The notes under the pieces are model-generated. The model was not told where the DNA came from and searched no databases. It saw nothing but the letters and a program-made list of their open reading frames with translations. Shown one piece after another: positions 1 through 12,013 of a stretch of 64,000 nucleotides of DNA. The DNA comes from Octopus vulgaris. Its lineage: Eukaryota. Numbering within the stretch: the stretch's first letter is position 1; every line of letters begins with the position of its first letter. The position numbers and the translations under genes were made by a program. Where the stretch lies: contig OX597831.1 of the NCBI GenBank assembly GCA_951406725.2, positions 26,412,001 through 26,476,000 on the forward strand, read 5' to 3'.

Positions 1-289
1 AACAAAAGGATATAGATTATTGAATGCTCAGGTGATGTTGGTAAGTTAGACATATGCTGAGCTATTGTCAGCAGAAACCTAGCTCAGGTGCTAAAGATAA
101 GTAATATCATGGGTCAGATTTCAATCTTTTATGACTGATATACTTATAGAATTTTTAACATAATATAGTTATTTAAAAAAAAAAAAATTATTAGAAAAAT
201 TGTTGCAATAAAAATTTGAAGTATAATAAAGCCAAATAAATGACTCAAACTAAGATTATAACATTTATTATACCAGTGTTTATATTAAC

Positions 290-456
290 ATGCCAGTGGC
301 ACAAGAAAATCACCCAGCACACAATGTAAAGTGATCAGTATTGAGAAGGGCATCCAGCTATAGAAACCAAGCCAATTGATGCGGATCTCCTGCCCGCCAG
401 CTCTGGTCAAACCGTCCAACCCATGCCAGCTTGGAAAACAGATGTTAAGGGACAAT
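290..456 (+). mobile_element. SINE-like family C (RTE-related body, (GAT)n tail), degraded copy
   Basis: gaagggcatccagctatagaaac...ccgtccaacccatgccagc matches the reverse complement of the family C copies at 2379 and 12300. Confidence 0.7.
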
Positions 457-835
457 GTTGAAACTCACTTATATTTCATTAGATATATTTGTTAAGTTAG
501 CATTTATTTTTAACTGTTTCAATAAAATGAAACATGAGAGAGATATTGATTTCAAATTTTGGCACAAGGCTAATAATTTCAGGGGAGCTGGTAAGTCAAT
601 TAGATCAACTTATTTTATAAAATCAAAGTCAACCTCAGCAGAATTTGAACTCAGAATGTAGTAATGAGCCAGATGAAATGCCACTCAGCATTTTGCCCAG
701 CATGGTAACATTTCTGCCAGCTCACCAACTTACATTACAGTGATGTTAGAAAGTGCTATCTAACTTACATGAAAATTATTTTAAATCAAGATATGTAGAT
801 ATATATTATTTTTTTAATTTCCAGGATATTTTGAT

Positions 836-1896
836 ATGATGGAAGATGATGAGCTATCTGGAAGACCTGACACAAGCATCACTCCTGGAAATGTGGTATT
901 GTGCATCGAGAATTTGTCCCTCAGCGTCAGCCCAGCAATTGAGGGTTTTACTGCAATGTTTTGGAGGGATATTCAGTGTGGATTTAGGAACAACAGAGGG
1001 ACAATAGACACGGTCTTTGCAGTATGGCAGATACAGAAGTGCCGAGAACAAAACCAGAACTTCTACATCCTCTTCGTGGACCTGACAAACACTTTTGACA
1101 CTGTCAGCCAAGAGGGACTGTGGGATATCTTGTCCAAGCTAGGCTACCCACTAAAGCTCGTCAAGAGACATTCAGCGAGAGTTACCGGATCTGTGGAATG
1201 TGAAGAATTGGATTCTTAATGACGATAATGCACCTGGTCACTAAGCTCTCCTCACTTGTGAGTTTCTCACCAAAAGCAAAATGGTATCACTTCCACACCC
1301 ACCCTATTCACCAGATTTCACACATGCAAACTTCCATCTTTTCCCAAAGACGAAAATGCAGCTCAAAGGCCACTGTTTTAACATCAGTCAGGATCATCCA
1401 GTCATTTCATGATGGCATGTTGGCTTGCATCGTGGAAAATGGAGATGTCTCTGATCCATTCTCGGTCTTCAATGGCATGAAGCAAGGCTGCATGATGGCT
1501 CCCACACTCTTCAGCCTCATATTTGCCACCATGCTCTTCTGCACCCTGCCAAAGTCCGAATGCTGCTGCCACTATTCGTTACAGATGTGACAGCCGATTC
1601 TTTGACCTCAGACATCTGAAGGCAAAAACCAAGGTCCTGGATGCCGTAGTGAGAGACTTCCTGTTTGCAGGCGATTATGCGCTTGCAGCATTGAATGAAC
1701 CAGACCTGCAGGAAGGTCCTTGAGTTGATTATGGAAAACGACTTCCAAACCAGATTCCAAAGGTGGCAGGAATACTGGGACTGGTGTATTGCTGATGTTA
1801 AAACTCGGGTAATGCTAATGATGTTAAAACTTAGGTAAATAAGATATTTTTTAGTAAATATGACTATTCCTAGAACTTTTTAATACCACCTCATAT
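836..1896 (+). mobile_element. Fragmented non-autonomous mariner (pieces ~836-900, ~1164-1385, ~1712-1896) interleaved with RTE fragments
   Basis: Translations EDDELSGRPDTSITP and LPHPPYSPDF..NFHLFPK..MQLKG (mariner YSPDL-type motif); 3' end gaactttttaataccacctcata matches the TIR of the element at 29812-30518. Confidence 0.8.
905..1712 (+). pseudogene. RTE-clade LINE reverse transcriptase fragment, interrupted and frameshifted
   Basis: QCGFRNNRGTIDTVFAV..QKCREQNQ..LFVDLTNTFDTV..LWDILSKLG, GMKQGCMMAPTLFSL, RDFLFAGDYAL (RT motifs, FADD-like). Confidence 0.85.
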
Positions 1897-2378
1897 TAAG
1901 GCTGGCTCTAAAATACTGCAGTAGCTGGTAGAATTGTTAGCATGCCAGGAGAAGTACTTAGCAGCATTTTGTCCATTTTACATTCTGAGCTCAAAGGAAA
2001 AAGAATGGCTACACTGAAAGAGGTGTAAAAAGGGAAAAGAAAATATCATAGACAGATGTTAGATACTTAAATAGGCGTGATGCTTATATCAGGGAAAATA
2101 GCAGTAGCCACCCAAGAATCAAGTGAACTGTGAAAGACACAGAGGGACAGGAAAATGTGAAAGGAAATAAAGAGAGGGAGGGAAGAGTGAGACAGCATAA
2201 GAAAGGAAAGGTGCAAAGAAGAACGAGTTTTATTATAGAGAGATATTGACGGAGAGGAAAAAAGACAATTGGTTCAATAGGTAGGTGTATTAAGAAATAA
2301 TGAAGCATGGCAGTGAGTCATTGAGGATAATAGATAGTGAATGGTGATCAAAGGAATAAATGGGATAACAAATGAAGC

Positions 2379-2627
2379 ACATCATCATTATCATCGTTTA
2401 ACATCCGTTTTCCATGCTAGCATGGGTTGGACGATTCGACTGGGGGTCTGGGAAGCCAGGAGGCTGTACCAGGCCCGGTCTGATCTGGCAGTGTTTCTAC
2501 AGCTGGGTGCCCTTCCTAACGCCAACCACTCTGTGAGTGTAGTGGGTGCTTTTTATGTGGCACTGGCTGGCAACGCCATGATCGGTTGGTGCTTTTTACG
2601 TGCCCCCCATGCTTTTTACGTGCCACC
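2379..2627 (-). mobile_element. SINE-like family C copy
   Basis: (cat)n tail then tttaacatccgttttccatgctagcatggg...cccttcctaacgccaaccact; more than 10 related copies in the window. Confidence 0.8.
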
Positions 2628-3240
2628 AAAAAAAAAAAAAAGAATGAAGGCGTGAAGCAAAGACATTAAGAATTATTCAAAGGAGGCACATGGCACTTTG
2701 GGTGAGTGCATTTTACTATAGCCACAGGTCAACTAAAGGCCTTGAGTGAACTTGATAGACAGAAACTGAGAGAAGCCCATCTTATATACATATGGGTGGG
2801 TGGGTGTGTCTTATATATATATTGGTTTCAAATTTTGGCACAAGGCCAGCAAGTTTGGAGAAGGAGGCAAGTGGATTACATCGACCTCAGTTCAACTGGT
2901 TCTTATTTTATTGACCCCCAAAAGGATGGAAGGCTAAGTCAACCTCAGCTAAAATTTGGACTCAGAACATAAGGACTGATGAAATGCTGGTAAGCATTTC
3001 ACTAGCATGCAAATGATTCTGTTTATCCTCCACCACTGCTTGACAACTGGTGTTGGTGTGTTTACATCCCCATGACTTAGCAGTTCAGGGAAAGATACAA
3101 ATCGAATAAGTACCAGGCTTTAAAAAAAAAAAAATTAAGTTCTAGAGTCAAATTGTTCAACTAAAATTCTTCAAGATAGTGCCCCAGCATGGTCGCAATC
3201 TAATGACTGAAACGAGTACAAAATAAAAGATATATATATA

Positions 3241-3625
3241 TAGTAGCTTGTCTACCAACCACATGGTTCCGGGTTCAGTCCCACTGCGTAGCACCTTGGG
3301 CAAGTGTCTTCTACTATAGCCTCAGGCCGACCAAAGCCTTGTGAGTGGATTTGGTAGAGGGAAACTGAAAGAAGCCCGTCGTATATATGTATATATATAT
3401 ATGCGTGTGTGTGTCTGTGTTTGTCCCCCTAGCATTGCTTGACAACCGATGCTGGTGTGTTTATGTCCCTATTACTTAGCGGTTCGGCAAAAGAGACCGA
3501 TAGAATAAGTACTGGGCTTACAAAAGAATAAGTCCCGGGGTCGAGTTGCTCGATTAAAGGCGGTGCTCCAGCATGGCCGCAGTCAAATGACTGAAACAAG
3601 TAAAAGAGTAAAAGAGTAAAAAGAG
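3241..3625 (+). mobile_element. tRNA-derived SINE family A (internal TA/TG microsatellite, aaagagt tail)
   Basis: B-box-like ggttcagtccc, ttgggcaagtgtc core, near-identical to 21670-22097. Confidence 0.9.
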
Positions 3626-3640
3626 TATATATATATACAC

Positions 3641-3890
3641 ACAGTGTGTTCGGGATAAACTTGACAGTTTGGAAAGAAAAGGAAAAGATAACACATTATC
3701 TCATCCAAAAATAAAAGTAATTTCAAAAATTCAACAGTTTTCATCACAACCTCAAGACAACTCCAGAACCTGTCACATGCATTCCTCTCTGTGTCCATGG
3801 AAAGGTTCACAAATACCTCCTTAATCTTGGCCACCAGCTCAGCGTTGATGCTGCTGCAGAGCAGTTAGTGTCTTTCTCAACTGTGTCTTA
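3641..3890 (-). mobile_element. Tc1/mariner (maT/DD37D-like) transposase C-terminal remnant with terminal cagtgtgttcggg
   Basis: Minus-strand translation LVAKIKEVFVNLS...NACDRFWSCLEVVM resembles maT C-termini; TIR-like end next to a TA/CA tract. Confidence 0.55.
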
Positions 3891-3899
3891 CTCACATAG

Positions 3900-4303
3900 C
3901 GTAAGAGTGACTGTGTGGTAAGTAGCTTGCTTACCAACCACATGGTTCCGGGTTCATTCGCACTGCGTGGCACTTTGGGCAAGTGTCTTCTACTATAGCC
4001 TCAGGCTGACCAAAGCCTTGTGAGTGGATTTGGTAGACGGAAACTGAAAGAAGCCCGACATATATGTGTGTATGTGTATGTTTGTCTGTCTGTTTGTCCT
4101 CCAACATCGCTTGACAACCAATGCTGGTGAGTTTACATCCCCCTAACTTAGCGGTTCGGCAAAAGAGACTGATAGAGTAAGTACTAGGCTTAAAAAGTAA
4201 GCCTAGTATTTATTTGCTCAACTAAAGGCTCTTAGTACTTTGCTCAACTAAAGGCGGTGCTCCAGCATGGCCACAGTCAAATGACTGAAACGAGTAAAAG
4301 AGT
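3900..4303 (+). mobile_element. SINE family A copy
   Basis: Full head-to-tail similarity to other family A copies; small internal duplication at 4200-4255. Confidence 0.88.
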
Positions 4304-4557
4304 AATCCATGACATTACAATGAGAGGAATAAGGAGGTTAGAAATTGGGGCTGGCAGTTATAGAAATTCTCTAACTACTTTGGACTCTTTACAGAGATAT
4401 GGCAAGGAGCCAAATCCTGCTGTCATACTTTCCAGCAACAACCCTCTCCAGCCTGGGTTCGACTAGTCTCCAGTAGCTTCACATAGTTGTCTGAATTAGG
4501 CCCTGTTCAAAGATGTTAATATATTAACTAAGGACATGAAATTGATGAGTTAATATA

Positions 4558-4790
4558 TATTTCTTTACTACCCACAAGGGGCTAAACACAGAGGGGACAA
4601 ACAAGGACAGACATAGGTATTAAGTCGATTACATCGACCCCAGTGCGTAACTGGTACTTTATTTATCGACCCCGAAAGGATGAAAGGCAAAGTCGACCTC
4701 GTCTGAATTTGAACTCAGAACGTAGCGGCAGACGAAATACCGCTAAGCATTTCGGCCGGCGCGCTAACATTTCTGCCAGCTCGCCACCTT
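4558..4790 (-). mobile_element. SINE family B (tRNA-like head, gcctttcatcctttcggggtcgataaa central domain resembling MetaSINE)
   Basis: Full copy with 16-bp TSD ttgatgagttaatata (4542-4557 / 4789-4804). Confidence 0.9.
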
Positions 4791-4874
4791 GATGAGTTAA
4801 TATAGTGAAGGAGTTAATATAATGATGAGTAAATGTAATGAAATGCAGGAGTCATTATTATACATCTCCGTTTT

Positions 4875-5166
4875 CCATGATGTGAGCCATCATGCCATCA
4901 TGAAATGACTGGATGATCCTGACAAGCTTTGGAGGGCAGCCTAGCTCAGACAAGATATCCCACAGGCCCTCTTGGCTGACAGTGTCAAAAGCCTTCGTCA
5001 GATCCACGAAGAGGATGTAGAGGTTCTGGTTTTGTTCTCAGCACTTCTCTTGTATCTGCCATACTGCAAAGACCATGTCTATTGCCCCCCTGTTATTCCT
5101 AAATCCACACTGGCTCTCTGAGACCACGTCGTCCAGCAGGTGGTGTGTGATGTGGTTCAGAAAAAC
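4875..5166 (-). pseudogene. RTE LINE RT fragment, same family as 905-1712 but uninterrupted
   Basis: Reverse complement aligns with 975-1163 and continues directly into 1390-1420 (...aagcttgtcaggatcatccagtcatttcatgatggcatg). Confidence 0.85.
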
Positions 5167-5887
5167 ACCCAGGAAATGGATGAGTTCTCCATAGTCTCTT
5201 GCTATCACAATAAAGTATACATTCTACATAATTATGTACTTAGTCCTCTTTTGAACTCTGGTCTTCCTGCATCTGTACAGAGCATATTCCATATAATGGT
5301 TATATATATTTAACTTTCTCATTAATATATCTCTAACCAAAATGCACCCCTTACGTGTTTTAATTAAATTCTAAAATAATCATGAATTTAGATGGGTTTT
5401 ATAAAACAACTTTTTATTTATCAACATATTAATGTGATTTTTTGGAATAAAATTTAACAAAAGGTTCTTAACCGATTCTATTTCATGATTTTTGTCTCAA
5501 AACAAATCTAATTATACATAAATACAGGTGAATTCAACAAGATATGGAATTATTTAACTTTTGCTTAAACTTTAGCATAGAAAATGAGTTATTAGCTAAT
5601 ATTCTATTCAGTATAAAGCAATATTTTAATATAGAATTGTGCAAATTACTGGATTATCTAACAGTTGAAGTTAATGCAAATAAGACAGGTGTACCACAAA
5701 GGTAAAACAATGAAATACCAGAATTTATCATTCGCGAAAACTAGAAAACAAAATACATGCCATCAACTAAATGAAATAAACTCACATGCATACACAAATA
5801 TTTAGAAACATATATAATATTGATTCACAATACAAATTAATCAAAATTACAGGTGAATAAAAAGTAAGTTTGAAAAAAATTTATAAA

Positions 5888-6076
5888 TCATCATCATCCT
5901 CATCATCGTTTAATGTCTGCTTGACATGCTAGCATGGGTTGGACAATTTGACTGAGGTCTGGCAAACCAGATGGCTGCACCAGGCTCCAATCTTGATCTG
6001 GCAGAGTTTCTACAGCTGGATTCCCTTCCTAACGCCAACCACTCCGAGAGTGTAGTGGATGCCTTTTACGTGCCAC
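5888..6076 (-). mobile_element. SINE-like family C copy
   Basis: (cat)n tail plus family C body. Confidence 0.8.
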
Positions 6077-6107
6077 ATACACACATATATATATATATAT
6101 ATATATA

Positions 6108-7376
6108 TTGGGTTGTCTGGAAAGTTCACACCTATTCTTAAAGGAAAGGAAAAGGTCAATAAATACTTGCCATTACATTTTTAATCAACCAAATATGAAG
6201 CATTTTGATGCACAATGCGTCTCCATCTTTACTTTAACTTGAAAATACCCTCTTCCCAGAACTGAGGTGGTTTCATGGCAGAGAATTCATCAAGGTATCT
6301 TTTTACGTCATCCATGGAACTTTTACCATTAAGACTATTCTGCAGAGACCTGAATAAGTGGAAATCCAAAGGAGCAATATCTGGTAAATAGGGAAGGTGG
6401 GGTAACACATCCAAGCTGAGGTGCAGCAATTTTTGTCTGGTTCCAAAAGAAACGTGCAGTCTTGCATTATCATGTTGGAAAACAACACCCTTCCTGTTGG
6501 CCAATTCTGGACGTCTCTCTTGAATTGCTGCTTTTAACTCATCCAGTTGTGTACAGTATTTCTCAGAATTAACTGTCAGGTTACTTGGGAGAAGCTCATA
6601 GTACAGAATTCCTTTCCAATCCCACCAGACACAAATCAAGACTTTTTTAAGGTGAAGACCTGCTTTTGGGGTGGCTAAGGGTGGCTCATGTTGCTTACTC
6701 CAGGATCGCTTTCTCTGAACAATTCGGTAGATAATCCATTTCTCATCACCTGTCACAATTTGTTTTAAAAAAGGCGCATTTTCATTCCGTTCATAAAGCG
6801 AATCACGGATGGAAATGTGACCCAAAAGGTTCTTCTCACTCAACTCATGTGGTACCCAAACATCGTAGCAATTTGTGTACCCAAGCTTTACCAGGTGCTC
6901 ATGAATGACGGATTTTGATAGGTTGAGGCTTACTGCCAATTCTCAGGTTGTGCAATGTGGGTTATTCTCAATTAATGACATGATTTGGTCATCATCTGTA
7001 GTGAATGGTCTGCATGATCACTCTTTATCAATAAGGCTACAATCTCCAGCCCAGAACCTTGCAAACCATTTCTGTACAGTTCTTTCGGATAAAGAAACAT
7101 CACCGTAAACTGTGCATATTTCTTTGGTTGCTTGTGAGGCATTTTTCCCTTTACGGAAAAAGAAAAGCATCAAGTGCCGAAAATGAACTTTCTTATCTTC
7201 CATTTTAAAGGGATACAGAATTAACACAGATTATAAGAACCTTCCACGAAAAGATAACTTAAACTATGCTCTAAATGGAGGTGTAGTCAAAACCTATTTA
7301 ATGAACTCAACCATGTGCTAAAATAAGTCGAAAGGTAAGCTACTATAAATCGGCACAAACTTTCCAGACAACCCAA
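6108..7376 (-). mobile_element. Full-length (~1.27 kb) mariner transposon inserted in a (TA)n tract
   Basis: TIRs ttgggttgtctggaaagtt / aactttccagacaacccaa flanked by TA; internal transposase. Confidence 0.95.
6181..7203 (-). pseudogene. Mariner DD34D transposase pseudogene (frameshift ~6940-7020, premature stop at 6229)
   Basis: MEDKKVHFRHLMLFFFRKG, WVPHEL, TGDEKW, HDNA, YLPDIAPLDFHLF motifs in the ORF track. Confidence 0.93.
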
Positions 7377-7605
7377 TATATATATATATATATATCAATT
7401 AGAAAAAAAACCCACCTTTTATCAATTCAACAATGAAAAAGTTAAATTATACAATATAGAAAAAATTAAATATAAGATAAAAACATATACCTATGATTAA
7501 GTAATGTACAAAATAATAAATAAAATGTATATATTTGGTAAAATGACAACACATGTTTCATGCCAATATTTAAGAAATGATAACAATAAAATCAATAACA
7601 GTAAA

Positions 7606-7622
7606 ATATATATATATGTATA

Positions 7623-7684
<62 letters not shown>

Positions 7685-7827
7685 ATCCAAGAGGTTTCAA
7701 CCAAAAAATACATGTTTCCATGCTAGCATGGTAATATTACTTACAGTAATCGTAGACGGCTATCTTGATGAAATCCACTTAATCACACGAGATTTTACCA
7801 CACTTGAATAAATATACTATTAAATTA

Positions 7828-7869
<42 letters not shown>

Positions 7870-7978
7870 CATGCTATATATGATATATATATATATATAT
7901 ATGTATGTATATATATATATATATATATTATTACCCAGAGTAATCCCATAAACCAGCCTTGTCTAACTTTGCTTATAT

Positions 7979-8015
<37 letters not shown>
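7606..8015. repeat. Cluster of (TA)n microsatellites
   Basis: Visible directly. Confidence 0.95.
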
Positions 8016-8017
<2 letters not shown>

Positions 8018-9089
8018 CATTCAAAATTAGGAAATGAGGTAGATGACATCCAGGTTACATGTTTCATAGCTAACAGTACCTCAGGAGAAGTAATTATCTG
8101 AACAAGGGGTAATCCGCTACCCTTGATTGGATAATTACTACTTTTGAGGTTCTGCAGCCTGGATTTTATCTACACCATTCCCTGATTTGGGATGTCTCTT
8201 CACATCCACAGCAATCCCTGCTGCTAACCATAAGCTATAAAAGAATTTTTTTCAGCTTTCCGAACTTCAATATCGGAAAAATCTACAACTTCCTACGTCT
8301 ATAAATCACTACTGTTCCTGAAAGTTGTTTTTTATACGTTCTACAGACTGCTCAAAGCTTACTATCTCCTTACACCTTGATTCTTGGATCTTACCCTTAC
8401 ACACACACACACACACACATACCATATTCTTAAAAATGCTCAAATTTCTTCCAAGCATGTGGGAAACCTCAAACAAAATTCTTTATGTTCTGCATAATGA
8501 TTTGTTTCCACAGTAATCACTTTAAAGGAAAAAATAAAAAAATAATCTAAGTTTCATTTCCGTGGAAAGACTCTGGCTAGATCTAATATCTTCCTAAAAA
8601 TAACTAAGAAAAACTGCCGTTAAATTCTTACTATGTTCAGGTACAAATTCACTTTTTTATTGCTATCGTAACTGTTGTCAGAATAGTTTCACTTTCGGAA
8701 ATAGAAATATCCGATTCACAATCACACAAATGGTTTTTATGTTTACCATATATTTTGCTAGAATTTTCTGTCTTTCAAAAATCGGTCAAATTCAAACTTG
8801 CTGCTTGGCAACATGAGACTAGTATCCAGTTTTTGTCCACAGTGAAACATTTCAGAAAATCAAAGTGGAGAAAAAAAAAACTCTCCAAAAATTTGCAGCA
8901 CTTGGATTTCACGTAAAATAATATCAGACAATGTAACTCAGCTGAGTGAAATCATGTCTTTTCCTGCATGTACTAATGAGATTTGCATTGAAATTCTCCT
9001 TTTAATGTGAATAGATCTTTTGGGGCATTAACCAAAAAATTCTCAGGCATCTATGGGTAGGTCGGTAGCAAAAGCAATAACACACATAT

Positions 9090-9284
9090 ATCCTTTTAGC
9101 ATTTAAACCAGCCATATCTGACCCAACCAGATCCAGCCTCTCGCATCTAACCTATAATGCCATTCTAAGAAATAAAGAATCACATCATTGAAATCTCAAA
9201 GCTCCATGATTATGCATGATTAATTCAAAACAATAGGAATTGATAAGCATTACATTTAACAGAGTAATGTGGATGCTAAAGGGA
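9090..9284. mobile_element. TTAA/piggyBac-like MITE family (ccttttagcattt...atgctaaaggg)
   Basis: Terminal inverted repeats; related copies at 10221-10960, 26445-26667, 34119-34390, 56045-56273, 60190-60980. Confidence 0.65.
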
Positions 9285-9317
9285 TACACATGCAATAAAA
9301 ATGGAAATGTAACATAA

Positions 9318-9450
9318 CCAACAAGCTGGCAGCCACATGTGATGTAACTGACAAGATAGCAACTACATGTGAAATGACTGACAAGACAGCAGCTACATAT
9401 GACATAAGCAACAAATTAGCAGACATGCATTCAATAATTAAAAAGTTGAC
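9318..9450. repeat. Degenerate 30-bp minisatellite, ~4 units
   Basis: Unit acaagatagcaactacatgtgaaatgactg repeated with variation. Confidence 0.75.
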
Positions 9451-10220
9451 AGCAGTATGCAAATAAGCATGCAAATAATATTCAATTCAGTCTAAAGCAA
9501 TATTTTAATATATAATTGTGCAAATTACTGAATTACCTAACAGTTGAAGTTAATGCAAATAAGACAGGTGTACCATAAAGGTATAACAAACAGTTTTGCC
9601 AGAACTGTTTTACTAAACATACATACATGTTCTTTTGGTTTCTTTGTTGACTCACTGCCAAGTATCATACACACAAATGTGTGTATGTGTAGAGTATAAA
9701 ATTCATCAACAAAACTTATAGATCATTATTTCCTACCACTTTTCTGTATGTATTATATCAGTGGTTATTTGTGAAATGATAAATTGGTCACCAAGTAGAA
9801 GCAGCATGTGAATTAACCAGTAAGCCAGAAATTGCCAGCTACAGCTATACCATAGTGCCCTAAAACCACTCTAGTTGTTTCTATTATGCTGTTCCTCCTC
9901 ATGCAGCAATTTGTGCTTCTTTCAAGAATGTGGAAGGGCAGATGAATTAAGGCCAATCTTGAGACACTGAGTCCTAGGAAAGAGATGATTAAAGACCAAA
10001 ATATCTGGGTCATTGCTATACTCATGAAGACCCATCTACCACAACAGAATTGATACTGGTGCCACATAAAAAGCTTAACTTCTGTAGATATTATTAATGT
10101 CTTTGAGAAAGACAAAAGTGTCACAATTTCCTTATTTTCCTCATAAAAATATTCAGACTACTTCATAACACATTTCGTTTCTCAAGTTTTATATAACTTC
10201 AAATGAAACATATTTACATA

Positions 10221-10960
10221 TTAACCTTTTAGTATTTAAACAGGCCACATCCAGCCCTAATATCTAACCTAGTTTATGTTCAAATGATCCACATCTGGCC
10301 TCTCAGACCTACCCTATAATGTCATTTTAAAAATAAACAATCACATCATCAAAGTCTAAAAGCTATGGAGATTATGCATGGTTAATTCTTACCTGTACTT
10401 GTACTTGTGACGGCGTTCCCCCAGGGCAGGTCGAGCCGGCTTCTTCTCTAGTCCTGACAGCATCACGAACCATGGCAGCCCACACTCGATGGTCCTGTGT
10501 GAGTTTACTGGAGATAGCAAGCCATTCACAGTTCCATAGGATTCATAGAAGAAGTTTCGTGGGAATACTGAATTCACAAGTGGTCCCCGACATCCCGCAT
10601 GCATATCCCAAGTGACTGGACGCCCTGTTTGCTGTGGAGTCTCCACAGATGCAGGGACAGAATGACCCTGAAGCCACCGATCAGATGCCTCTTGGAATTT
10701 TTACCAGAGCCCCGTTGGCCAGGCTGCGGCCCTAATACCGCTTGGTGCCAGACCAATACGCCTTGGATGGCCCTACCAGGAACCGAAGTTCCCGACGGCA
10801 TAGCTCTGACACTGCCTGTTTACACCACCCTACCGCTTTGAGGAGGGGTTGGAATTTAGGGTAGACTTTAGAGTTGGACTTTAGGGTAAATGGTTAATTC
10901 AATACGATGTGAATAGATAAGCATTACATTTGACAGAGTAACCTGAAAGCTAAAGGGTTA
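10221..10960. mobile_element. TTAA/piggyBac-like MITE interrupted by the 10389-10889 retroelement
   Basis: ttaaccttttag ... ctaaagggttaa ends. Confidence 0.75.
10389..10889 (-). mobile_element. Non-autonomous bipartite RTE derivative (RTE 5'UTR plus 3' end, (CAAGTA)n tail)
   Basis: GC-rich 501-bp insert with 11-bp TSD atggttaattc; minus strand has gagctatgccgt...agggccatccaaggcg (RTE/BovB 5'UTR-like) and ends caagtacaagtacagg. Confidence 0.75.
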
Positions 10961-12013
10961 AACTGCCCAACAGGGACGTTTCATGTTAATGATTTCATCA
11001 TTCTGTTCACTACGATGAAACTTTTCTATAATTATTTTAAAACAAGCAAACCGAAATAGAAGAATCAGTGGATATAGATTTGAAGTTTTTCTAACTAAAA
11101 AGAGAAGGAAAAAATTATGGTAACACATAAGAAGAATGGAATTTTTACATAAAAATCTAAAAACATGGTTGAAAACATTAGTGACAGTTGGTGTTAGGAA
11201 GGACATCCAGCTATAAAAACCATGTCAAAACAGACACAGAAGTCTGGTGCAATCTTCTGCTTGACCAGCTCCTGTCAAACCGTCCAACCCATGCCAGCAT
11301 GGAAACCAGACATTAAATGATGATGATAATGAGTTGAGTGGTTAAAAGGTTTATTTTTTAACCATTTTTTTTTTTTTGGTTTGATTTCGTTTTACAACAC
11401 ACTGGGCAAGAATCTTCTACACAAGCCTCCTCAAGTGAGCAGAATTCAGTTGATGGAGACTGTGCAGAAACTTCTTGTATAACCAGTGTTGCTTATGTTT
11501 TCTCACCCACTACCCCATGGTTTATAACTTAGCAATCCAACAAACAGAAACTGATGCAATAAATACCAGACTGAAATAAATACAGGGTTCAACATGATTG
11601 ACTAAAATTCCTTTAAGATAATGCTTCAGTGTGGCCGCAGTTCAATGCGAGGGTAGAGAATGTCAAGTAAAGAAAGCCAAGGGGAAAGAATTCCAAGTAA
11701 ACAATCTTCAAGATGTTATCAAAATGTAAAGCAGTCTTACAGAACTCACTAACAGAGTAAAAAGATGGAAATTCTTTGGATTTCTGGTTTTGTTTTGCAA
11801 TGTTTTTGAAACTTTAAATGATCAGTAAAATATAAAATTTGAAGTGGAAATTTATATTCTTTAGTTCATCATTGTTTTAACATTTGCTTTTCTGTGCTTG
11901 CATGACTCAAATTAGACTTTGTTGAGGCAGAATTTTCTACAGCCTGATGCCTTTTCTGATGTTAGAAATTTGAGGTAATACTCCTTCAGTCAATCAAACA
12001 AAGAGAAGAAGCA

